From Bdellovibrionales bacterium RIFOXYD12_FULL_39_22 (GTDB lineage: Bacteria; Bdellovibrionota; Bacteriovoracia; Bacteriovoracales; Bacteriovoracaceae), in assembly GCA_001770205.1 (NCBI GenBank), contig MEQL01000039.1, positions 260,787 to 324,786 of the forward strand: 64,000 nucleotides of DNA. Reading direction: 5' to 3'. The translations under genes and the position numbers were made by a program. Below, in pieces: positions 52,103-60,248 of the stretch (its first letter is position 1; each line of letters begins with the position of its first letter). The notes beneath the pieces were generated by a model that made no database searches, was not told where the DNA came from, and saw only the letters and a list, made by a program, of their open reading frames with translations.

Positions 52103-52136
52103 AACGTGGCGGATACAAACAGTTTTCCGCCACGTT
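52103..52136. terminator. 11-bp perfect hairpin between convergent genes
   Basis: AACGTGGCGGA-12nt-TCCGCCACGTT. Confidence 0.55.
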
Positions 52137-52368
52137 ATAGTTACGAAAATGGTGCCACGCTTCTTCTAGAAAAAATTGATTAGCAATTCTTTAGTGTGAT
52201 TGGAATAAAAACTCTCTCAAATTACAATTCGATCTTCAGATCTACGCATTGTAAATCAGACAATCGACAACCGGCGCTGTCAATTGTATAAAAGAGGAAT
52301 AATCGCTTTTAAAATACGTGCTGGTTGAGTGTGGCCAAAAGGGACACAGAATTCCACTTGGTAGAATT

Positions 52369-54423
52369 CTAAAGATTATTATCCACCTCGTAGATGCCCA
52401 GTAGATTGTAAAAGAACATATTGCGATAGATGTATTTCACATACTGCTGTGTTTCTTGAAAAGGAATCAATTCTACGGTTATAAGTGGATCGTGATTTTT
52501 AAAAATGTTTTCTACCCAGTTGGCCAAACGTCGTTCTCCGGCGTTGTATGCCGCCAAGGTATATACTAAATTACCATCATACTTATTCATTAATTGCTTT
52601 AAATATTTAAGCCCCAATTGAATGTTTAGGTCTGGATTACTAATTAACTGGCCAGCAGTAACATTGCGCTTTAGTTGCTTGGCGGTATTTGGCATTATTT
52701 GCATTAGCCCGCGCGCTCCAACCATTGATTGTGCACGTGGATTAAAGGCCGACTCCTGCCTAATTAATGCTAGCACCATGGCCAAATTCATTTCCTTACC
52801 AAATTTCTTTATCTGCGAAACATATTGAAAAGGAAAAAGCATTCTAACCACTTCATCGTTAATGCCCAAAATATTATTGGAAAGCGATTTGTATATAACT
52901 TTAAAAGTTTGAAGAAATTGTTTTTTATCCGTTAATAATTTAGATAGATGCATCGTAATAAGTTTTTTTTGTTCGCTTGACGAAAGAGATTCTGCAATCT
53001 CTTTGTTCGCGAATAATTGTTCACCTTCTAGTTCTGCAACATCTTTGATTTCTAAATATGCCAACTGTTCATTGGCCAAATCACTCCACAAGGCCACACG
53101 TTTCATTGCATTTAAAAACATGGCCGTATAGTCGTTGCTAGTAAAACTGTACGCGATTCCCCGAGTCTTTATTTTATTGACCAAATTATCCCTGGTAATC
53201 GGATACCCCAGATCTTTTAACTCCTCTAGTGCCGTAACCGCATAGTACTCTAGTGGACTGTTTTGTACTAATTGAGAAAAAAGGTGCCGTGCCAAATATT
53301 TCTCACCATTTTTTTTAAAACAATAAGCAACCCAAAACTGTAATTTAGGATCGAGCGAAGCAAAGCGATCGATAAAACCATATTTTTCAATGGCCTTCTG
53401 GGCCAAGTCGAATTTTCGCTGCAAAATACTTAGCCATAAAATTTGGAACTGGGACTCCATCTTATCTTCTGGCGTTTCAGAAATCTTTAAAGCAAATTGG
53501 AAAATCGCTAACGCCCGCTCATAGGAGAACGTAGCGATGGCCGGGCCAATATTTAGAAACGTTTTGCAGGCCATTGTCGCTGAAATATAGTCTTTGTTTT
53601 GATTATAATAACTGAGAAGATGATCGCTATACGTTTTGGCCAAATCCCTATCTTCATTTTTTAAAGACTTTTTAAAGGCGTCATAGATGCCTTTAAACTG
53701 GGTTGTGTAGTAGTCTTTTGCCTCCTCATCTCCAATGCCTCGTCCTTGAATATAATTTTGTAACTCCTTAGAAATTTTTATATTATCTATAATGAAACTT
53801 TGCGGAGGATTGTTTTGTGTTATGTAATGATTGGCAACTATTTGCGAAATTGATTCATGAGCGGCCGGTCTTCTTTTTACGTTTAAAAGAAATTTTGAAA
53901 ACACCATGCGCTTGTTATTTTGCAAGTAAGTTGGAAGATACTCTTCTAAATACGCAATATCTTCGGCACTAAATTCTTTGACACTTCCACTTATTTGCAA
54001 AAACTTCCAGTTGCAATATTCATGCAGTGCTAAATTTATACGGCCCAAAATGGCCGATAAAATTTTGCTCTCCGTAAAATTACTTTTCTTACAAGTCTGA
54101 TGAAACTTATTAATAGAATTTCCAATTTCACGAATCTCTTTTGCTAACAGCACCTGCGAAGAGAGAACGGAAAAGGCCGGGGCAAGCGGTAAAAGGCGAA
54201 CCAGTTCGTCGGTATTGTATGGAGTAATAATATTTTGTTTTAGATTTTTTAAAAGTTCTTGTAGATTCAGCGCAAAAAGACGTTCCTCTGCGGAGTAATT
54301 AAAAGAAAGACGATCCTCCAATCGCGGCAAGCTAGAAATCTTATTTTTTGATGGCGCAGGAATTGTTGCCGTGGCAGTCGCAGTAAAAAGAATTAAAAAA
54401 ATAATTTCTGATAACTTCCGCAG
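52369..54423 (-). CDS. slt: Soluble lytic murein transglycosylase (Slt family), probable CTG start
   Basis: 'LIRQESAFNPRAQSMVGARGLMQIMP', 'LAAYNAG', 'IPFQETQQYV'. The ORF extends 31 codons upstream of TTG 54330 to a CTG with an AGGAGG SD, adding a signal peptide. Confidence 0.88.
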   Translation of the reverse strand: MRKLSEIIFLILFTATATATIPAPSKNKISSLPRLEDRLSFNYSAEERLFALNLQELLKNLKQNIITPYNTDELVRLLPLAPAFSVLSSQVLLAKEIREIGNSINKFHQTCKKSNFTESKILSAILGRINLALHEYCNWKFLQISGSVKEFSAEDIAYLEEYLPTYLQNNKRMVFSKFLLNVKRRPAAHESISQIVANHYITQNNPPQSFIIDNIKISKELQNYIQGRGIGDEEAKDYYTTQFKGIYDAFKKSLKNEDRDLAKTYSDHLLSYYNQNKDYISATMACKTFLNIGPAIATFSYERALAIFQFALKISETPEDKMESQFQILWLSILQRKFDLAQKAIEKYGFIDRFASLDPKLQFWVAYCFKKNGEKYLARHLFSQLVQNSPLEYYAVTALEELKDLGYPITRDNLVNKIKTRGIAYSFTSNDYTAMFLNAMKRVALWSDLANEQLAYLEIKDVAELEGEQLFANKEIAESLSSSEQKKLITMHLSKLLTDKKQFLQTFKVIYKSLSNNILGINDEVVRMLFPFQYVSQIKKFGKEMNLAMVLALIRQESAFNPRAQSMVGARGLMQIMPNTAKQLKRNVTAGQLISNPDLNIQLGLKYLKQLMNKYDGNLVYTLAAYNAGERRLANWVENIFKNHDPLITVELIPFQETQQYVKYIYRNMFFYNLLGIYEVDNNL

Positions 54424-54473
54424 GTTGACCTCCTGTCAAAGTGCCCTATCTCTTCGTGACTGACCGGTTGCTT

Positions 54474-55103
54474 TTAACTCTCACTTTTTGTTTCTGCACT
54501 CGCTGCTTCGGGAAGGCCATCTTCTCGCTCCACGTCCTCTGTACTCATATAGCGATGCTGAATATCATCTAGCTTGTTGATAATTTCCGAAATCAACTCT
54601 CGCTTGTCACTGTCCATTGAAACAAGCAAATTTTGCAGATAACTATTTATCTCTGACAGATACATAAAATCACTTCGCTGCGCTTCTTGGATAGCATGAA
54701 AAGTTTCATTAAATTCTTCCGCTAGATCTGAGAAGTAGTCGCTTTTTCTAAAGGTAACATCTCGAATAACCTCGCCTTCTCGAATGGCCTGCATATGAAG
54801 TTTCAACTTGTGAATCGGCCCAGCAATTTTATGACTAAAAAGTATACAGATTATAAATACTAGTCCCGTAAACCCAATTTGCCATAGTGTCAGAATGATA
54901 ATCAAACTTTTTTTCTGTTCCTGCAGTGCAGTGGTAAGGGCCGGGTTATTGGCCAATACGTAATTAATAAATCCACTCATAATATCGTAAATGGTTAGTG
55001 GGTATATCATGCTAGAAATAAATAAAATTACGCAAACATAAAAACTAAATTTCAACTGAAAGCGCGGATTAATTAAATAGATTCGTCTTTTGTAATCTGC
55101 CAC
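54474..55103 (-). CDS. Two-TM membrane protein with HAMP-like segment
   Basis: 'RRIYLINPRFQLKF', two TMs, 'SHKIAGPIHKL...FRKSDYFSDLAEEFN'. Confidence 0.7.
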   Translation of the reverse strand: MADYKRRIYLINPRFQLKFSFYVCVILFISSMIYPLTIYDIMSGFINYVLANNPALTTALQEQKKSLIIILTLWQIGFTGLVFIICILFSHKIAGPIHKLKLHMQAIREGEVIRDVTFRKSDYFSDLAEEFNETFHAIQEAQRSDFMYLSEINSYLQNLLVSMDSDKRELISEIINKLDDIQHRYMSTEDVEREDGLPEAASAETKSES

Positions 55104-55232
55104 TAAATTTTCCTTTCAAAAAATGTTTGTATAACCAGAGCAAATGATAATAATCTACCCCCCTAAATGATATTATTATTTAACAACGGTATCCAGATAT
55201 TATTTTCTGCCGATTAAAAGAGGGTTTTGTTT

Positions 55233-56309
55233 ATGAATAATGATTTAAAATTGTCAGTTATTAATGTGAAAAATCCTTCCACTGGACAATCCCTGGTTGA
55301 TGAGGGGCGCTTAATTGATATCTACATTGATGACAGTGAAAACCTTAAAATTAACTATTTAAGCAGTGGATTAAAAATTGAAGACAAAAGAGTAATCGAA
55401 CAGGGCCTGATTGAGGCCGTAAAAGGGAAATTTCCCATCAAACAAATAATAGTCCAATCACAGACACAAACACAGGCCAATACACGTCCGCCCCAGGCCG
55501 CGACATCTGCTTCGATTGTTCAACAATCATCACCCTCAGATGGTACAAAAAAAATTGCCTCTGTGAAAAAAATAATTGCCGTCTCCTCTGGAAAAGGCGG
55601 AGTAGGAAAATCTACTCTCGCGGCCAACCTGGCCTTAGCAATCGCCAAGCAAGGCAAGCGAGTGGCCATTTTGGATGCTGACATTTATGGCCCCTCCATT
55701 CCTCTAATTATGGGGGTCGCAGATTTTGCACCAACTATCAATGACTTTAAAAAGATGATTCCGGCCAGACAACACAATATCGATATTATTAGCTTTGGTT
55801 TTTTTGTTTCCAAATACGATCCCGTCATCTGGCGCGGCCCCATGCTTACCAACGTTTTAAAGCAACTGGTTTTTGACGTGGAGTGGGGAGAACAAGATGT
55901 GTTGATTATTGATTTCCCTCCGGGAACAGGTGATGTCCAGCTTTCGTTGGCACAAAGTCTGGCCATCGATGGCGCGGTTATTGTGACCACTCCTCAGCAA
56001 GTGGCCATTCAAGATACTATCAAGGGAAAGAATATGTTTGAAAAAATGAAAATTCCCATTATTGGTATGGTAGAAAACATGGCCTATTTTATTTGCGATA
56101 AATGCTCTAAGGAACACTACATATTTGGAAAAGATAATGTAAAAAAAATCTGTCAAGAAGTTGGAATGAGATTTTTAGGATCAATTCCCCTTTATTCTCC
56201 CATTAGCATTTCCGCAGATCAAGGACATCCTCTTATGTTGATTGCTCACGAGGAAAATTCAGCGGCCTGGAAATCTTATATTCAAATTGCTAAGCAAATA
56301 GTGGACTGA
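55233..56309 (+). CDS. mrp: Mrp/NBP35 (ApbC) Fe-S carrier ATPase
   Basis: 'SGKGGVGKST', 'DADIYGPSIP', 'WRGPM', 'DFPPGTGD', 'ENM..FICDKC'. Confidence 0.93.
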   Translation: MNNDLKLSVINVKNPSTGQSLVDEGRLIDIYIDDSENLKINYLSSGLKIEDKRVIEQGLIEAVKGKFPIKQIIVQSQTQTQANTRPPQAATSASIVQQSSPSDGTKKIASVKKIIAVSSGKGGVGKSTLAANLALAIAKQGKRVAILDADIYGPSIPLIMGVADFAPTINDFKKMIPARQHNIDIISFGFFVSKYDPVIWRGPMLTNVLKQLVFDVEWGEQDVLIIDFPPGTGDVQLSLAQSLAIDGAVIVTTPQQVAIQDTIKGKNMFEKMKIPIIGMVENMAYFICDKCSKEHYIFGKDNVKKICQEVGMRFLGSIPLYSPISISADQGHPLMLIAHEENSAAWKSYIQIAKQIVD

Positions 56310-56310
56310 C

Positions 56311-56832
56311 ATGTCTTTAATTTTGAAAATTGAAGAACAATCTTTCTATGCTTTTACCGGCCGCATAAATTTATTATTACCCGGAGGCCAACTCTTGGGC
56401 ACCATTTTACAAAAAGATGGCCTACTTGTTAATGCGACTTATCGTGGAGCAAATGGCCGCAATGCTCTTTATGCTTTAGTTATCAACGAACAATTTTCTG
56501 AAAAAAAAATTACCTTAGTGATCGAGCCAGAAATTATTCTCCAAGAACAAATTCTTTTTAAACTACCTTTTGCCCAATTTAAAAAGCTTTCAGAAAAACT
56601 AGCAGAAAAATATTATCCCTTCCATCGTCTCCGTCCACCGGCCTCGCTTCGATTATTTGCCTCCAATCAAAACTCTTCTTTAGAATTGGATAATGTTGAG
56701 GCAGAAATCCTTCGAATCCTCTCTTCACCAAAATCTGTAAGTGAAATTTATTCCCAGGTAATCTCTGATGAAATTGAAACGACCATCGCACTTGTCAATT
56801 TAAGAAAAAATGGGCTAATAAATCAGATCTAA
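56311..56832 (+). CDS. Hypothetical protein (DUF4388/PATAN-like N-terminus, possible wHTH C-terminus)
   Basis: 'FTGRINL...KDGLLVNATY.GANGRNALY'; starts 1 nt after mrp. Confidence 0.55.
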   Translation: MSLILKIEEQSFYAFTGRINLLLPGGQLLGTILQKDGLLVNATYRGANGRNALYALVINEQFSEKKITLVIEPEIILQEQILFKLPFAQFKKLSEKLAEKYYPFHRLRPPASLRLFASNQNSSLELDNVEAEILRILSSPKSVSEIYSQVISDEIETTIALVNLRKNGLINQI

Positions 56833-56847
56833 CAACCAAGTGGCGGC

Positions 56848-57363
56848 CTATTGCTCCACTCCCAATACAATAAACTTATACTGAGAGTAGCCTGCTTCGG
56901 CCGCGGTGTAGAGAAGTTTTTTAACATAGTCAAACTTAATGGACTTATCCATAACTAAATTCACTCGTCCGGTAAAATCTACCGCATTAGGAGAGGTGTT
57001 TTTTATTTGTTTGATCAGCTCTTTTTTCCTCACCAACTCATTAAATAATGGAACTATACGTCGCCCTTCTCGATCATAACTATTTTTTGTTATTGCAGTA
57101 CTATCCAAAATCAAAGTGTCATCCACCCAGATTTTACTAGGAGAAACCTGCACAATAACTCCGGCACTATTTTGCTTCGTAGAGATTGTATTTGGAATAA
57201 CTACTTCTTTGGGAATATTGATTAATTCTCCCGTAGCATTATAGTTTTGAATTAAAAAAACCATGGTTATAACCACGATATCTAGAACAGATGTTATGTC
57301 TAAATTCACTAAGGGAATTCGCCCTTTCCTACTTTTATTTTTGACAGATTTTTGTGTTACCAT
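56848..57363 (-). CDS. ExbD/TolR-family protein (AglS-like)
   Basis: TM 'LDITSVLDIVVITMVFLIQ' with conserved Asp; 'MDKSIKFDYVKKLLYTAAEAGY'. Confidence 0.85.
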   Translation of the reverse strand: MVTQKSVKNKSRKGRIPLVNLDITSVLDIVVITMVFLIQNYNATGELINIPKEVVIPNTISTKQNSAGVIVQVSPSKIWVDDTLILDSTAITKNSYDREGRRIVPLFNELVRKKELIKQIKNTSPNAVDFTGRVNLVMDKSIKFDYVKKLLYTAAEAGYSQYKFIVLGVEQ

Positions 57364-57389
57364 AGTAAACCAACCTGGCCAACTGTTAT

Positions 57390-57917
57390 TTATCCCTGAA
57401 TATTTCCAAAAATTATATTATCGAAAAGGGCATCATCTCTTACATCAATATTGTCTTTGTCTTTTTTATAAAAGGCCGGGTCTGTCGATAGTAACATCCG
57501 CACCGTGTCCATTATTTTGACTAGCTGTTCATATTCAATATTAGCAATAGGCTCCAATATCACCGTTTTTTCTTTCTGATTGGAAACTTTTAGATTTACC
57601 AAAAATTCGTGCAACTGAAAGGTATCATACTCTTCTGCTATCTTCCCAAACTCTTTAACTAGCGCGGACGGGACTCCTGTCAAAACTTGAATTTTTTCCG
57701 GCAAAATTTTTATTGTTAGTGCCAGAGGTTTGTCTTTATTTTCTGGAGGAGTACTGTCAGAAATAATAGGAACGTCACTTGCTATTTCAATCAGCTTGGT
57801 AAAAGTTGCTGACATCAACAAGAAAAATATAATTATAAAAAATCCATCCATAATGGGAACAAGATCCGGAGTAGTGACTGCTTTCTTGGTGCGTTTTCTG
57901 CTGGGTGGTTGATACAC
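57390..57917 (-). CDS. ExbD/TolR-family protein (AglQ-like)
   Basis: TM 'DLVPIMDGFFIIIFFLL'; 'IEYEQLVKIMD'. Confidence 0.85.
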   Translation of the reverse strand: MYQPPSRKRTKKAVTTPDLVPIMDGFFIIIFFLLMSATFTKLIEIASDVPIISDSTPPENKDKPLALTIKILPEKIQVLTGVPSALVKEFGKIAEEYDTFQLHEFLVNLKVSNQKEKTVILEPIANIEYEQLVKIMDTVRMLLSTDPAFYKKDKDNIDVRDDALFDNIIFGNIQG

Positions 57918-57932
57918 AAAAATATCCTCTTA

Positions 57933-58619
57933 CTATTTTTCTTTTTCGTCTTTGGTGCCAATCAAATCTAACAATTTCACCGAATATTCATCAATCTCGG
58001 CAATAATTTTTTCGGCCTTGCTGGCCAAAAAAGTATGAAAGATCATAACGGTGATGGCGGAAAGTAGGCCAATAAAGGTTGTATACATGGCAGTAGAAAT
58101 ACCCGCGCTTAAAATTTGCGCCTTCTGGGCCGGATCGGCCGAAGAGATACTACCAAATGCTTGAATCAGACCTTGAATAGTTCCCAACAATCCAAACAAG
58201 GTTGAAATAGTCGCCACCAACTGCATCCAATTTAAACGCACTTCCAATTTAGGAATAACTTCTAAGGCCGTCGCATCCAACGCATTTTGCATTTGTGATA
58301 TTGAAGAAGTCGCACGCTTAAGGCCACTTTTTAAAACTCTTGGAAGACTAGCATTGGTTCCAGAACAGGCCCTAATTGCGCCCTGTATATCGTTAGATAA
58401 AATATACCTCTGTAACTCATTCATAAAGGAGGCACCATCGACATCATAGCGATAGGCAAGTTTGACAAACTTTTCTAGGCCAATGGCCAATCCAACAATC
58501 CAGACAAACAAGATGACCCACATAAAAATTCCTCCATCTGTCATATAGATGGCGATTGTATTCATAATAGATGGATCAGTTGCTATTGTTGCTACGGTTG
58601 TGGCGGTTGTCGCTTCCAT
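57933..58619 (-). CDS. MotA/TolQ/ExbB proton-channel protein (AglR-like)
   Basis: 'GGIFMW', 'STLFGLLGTIQGLIQAF', 'GISTAMYTTFIGL'. Confidence 0.92.
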   Translation of the reverse strand: MEATTATTVATIATDPSIMNTIAIYMTDGGIFMWVILFVWIVGLAIGLEKFVKLAYRYDVDGASFMNELQRYILSNDIQGAIRACSGTNASLPRVLKSGLKRATSSISQMQNALDATALEVIPKLEVRLNWMQLVATISTLFGLLGTIQGLIQAFGSISSADPAQKAQILSAGISTAMYTTFIGLLSAITVMIFHTFLASKAEKIIAEIDEYSVKLLDLIGTKDEKEK

Positions 58620-58735
58620 GCGTAAAACTCCTTTTACAATTTAGGTGGTTACAAGATTATTGTATTTAAAAAAAGGCCAATGGGGTAATAGAATTGTGAA
58701 GGAACTTTTTGCCGAAGAGATCTTCGCAATAGTGG

Positions 58736-59317
58736 TCAATAGTGGTCAGGAAAAAGCTTGCGTTCAATGCCCTCAATAAGCATATGAATGACCTTTATAT
58801 GAATTTCTTGAATTCGTGCAGTGGAATTTGATTCTACAATAATGGGAAAATCCACCATTTCCTTGAGTTTTCCTCCACCTTTACCCAGCAGCCCGACTAC
58901 CTTCATGTCTTTTTTCTTTGCCGCCAAGGTAGCATTGATAATATTGGGAGAATTTCCGCTGGTTGAGATGGCCAACAAAAGATCTCCTTTATTTCCCCAC
59001 GCCTCTACGTAGCGAGAAAAGATAAATTCATAACCAAAATCATTGGCCACACAAGAGATATGGGCAGGATCTGAAATACTAACCGCGGCAATTGGTTCTC
59101 GGTCTTTTTTAAAACGGCCGGTAAGCTCTTCCGCAAAATGCATAGAGTCACAGATCGAGCCACCATTGCCACAGCTATAGATGCGTCTATGGCACTTAAC
59201 GGTATCTGCCAAACAATCACAAGCACTATTTAGCAGCGCAATATTTGCTTTATTTCTAGAAAATTCCTGTAAAACAGTTTGTGCTTCCGCCAAGGAGACT
59301 ACGAAATGATCAACCAT
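58736..59317 (-). CDS. gmhA: D-sedoheptulose-7-phosphate isomerase
   Basis: 'CGNGGSICDSMHFAEELTGRF', 'NDFGY', 'ISTSGNS', 'RIQEIHIKVIH'. Confidence 0.95.
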   Translation of the reverse strand: MVDHFVVSLAEAQTVLQEFSRNKANIALLNSACDCLADTVKCHRRIYSCGNGGSICDSMHFAEELTGRFKKDREPIAAVSISDPAHISCVANDFGYEFIFSRYVEAWGNKGDLLLAISTSGNSPNIINATLAAKKKDMKVVGLLGKGGGKLKEMVDFPIIVESNSTARIQEIHIKVIHMLIEGIERKLFPDHY

Positions 59318-59329
59318 TGCTGGCCTCTC

Positions 59330-59653
59330 TTATGCTAATTCTTTTAAGCTTTTTATGATTTCTGATTTGGGCTGAACGCCCACAATGGTTTTTTGCAATT
59401 TACCATCTTTAAAAAACATCATGGTTGGAATACCTCTAATCTGAAACTTTTGAGCAATTTCTGGATTTTCATCAACGTTTAACTTAACGATTTCCGCCTT
59501 ATCTTGAATTTCTTTAGAAATCTCTTCCAAAACTGGCCCTAGTTGTCTGCATGGGCCACACCATTCGGCCCAAAAATCAACCAGAACTGGTTTTTTAGAT
59601 TTTAAAACCTTTTCATCAAAATCATTTTGGTCAACCTTTGTTACGTTTGCCAT
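59330..59653 (-). CDS. trxA: Thioredoxin
   Basis: 'VDFWAEWCGPC'; AGGAG SD before ATG 59653. Confidence 0.96.
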   Translation of the reverse strand: MANVTKVDQNDFDEKVLKSKKPVLVDFWAEWCGPCRQLGPVLEEISKEIQDKAEIVKLNVDENPEIAQKFQIRGIPTMMFFKDGKLQKTIVGVQPKSEIIKSLKELA

Positions 59654-59750
59654 CTCTCTGCTCCTTAGTTGTTTGATCGGTGAGTTTAGCATAGAATCAT
59701 TAACCAAATTTGTATATAGTAATGTTTTTATGGCTTGATCGAAAAAAGTT

Positions 59751-60248
59751 ATGGCGGATAGAAATTACCTTATAAAAAATAATATTCGTGTTGCAAAAAT
59801 GGCGCGCCTCATTGCGAAGGCCATCGATCTTTTTATTGTAACCATTCTAACTTTCTTTTTATACCCGATAGGAATTCTTTTTGCGGTGGCCTACATGATT
59901 GTCTCCGACTCCATTCAAGAGGGGCAGTCCGTTGGCAAGCGCTTTATCGGATTTGCTGTAATCTCCCTAGAAGATGGCCGCCCCTGCTCCATTAAACAGT
60001 CTGCAATTCGCAATCTCCCGATAATTATTCCTCTCTCTCTGGCAATAATTCCCTTTGCCGGCTGGCTTTTTTCTTTTTTCGTTGGCCTCCCCCTTATCGC
60101 ACTAGAAATTTATCTTTTATACCATTTAGATTCTGGCCATCGTTTGGGAGACGTAATGGCCGATACCTCTGTCGTTGCCTCTACTAAAGATGCTATACCT
60201 GTCAATGGTAAAAAAGCTCCTGGAATAGTTGAATCAAAATATGTCTAA
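59751..60248 (+). CDS. RDD-family membrane protein
   Basis: 'RLIAKAID', 'GQSVGKR', 'IRN', 'RLGDVMADTSV'. Confidence 0.88.
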   Translation: MADRNYLIKNNIRVAKMARLIAKAIDLFIVTILTFFLYPIGILFAVAYMIVSDSIQEGQSVGKRFIGFAVISLEDGRPCSIKQSAIRNLPIIIPLSLAIIPFAGWLFSFFVGLPLIALEIYLLYHLDSGHRLGDVMADTSVVASTKDAIPVNGKKAPGIVESKYV

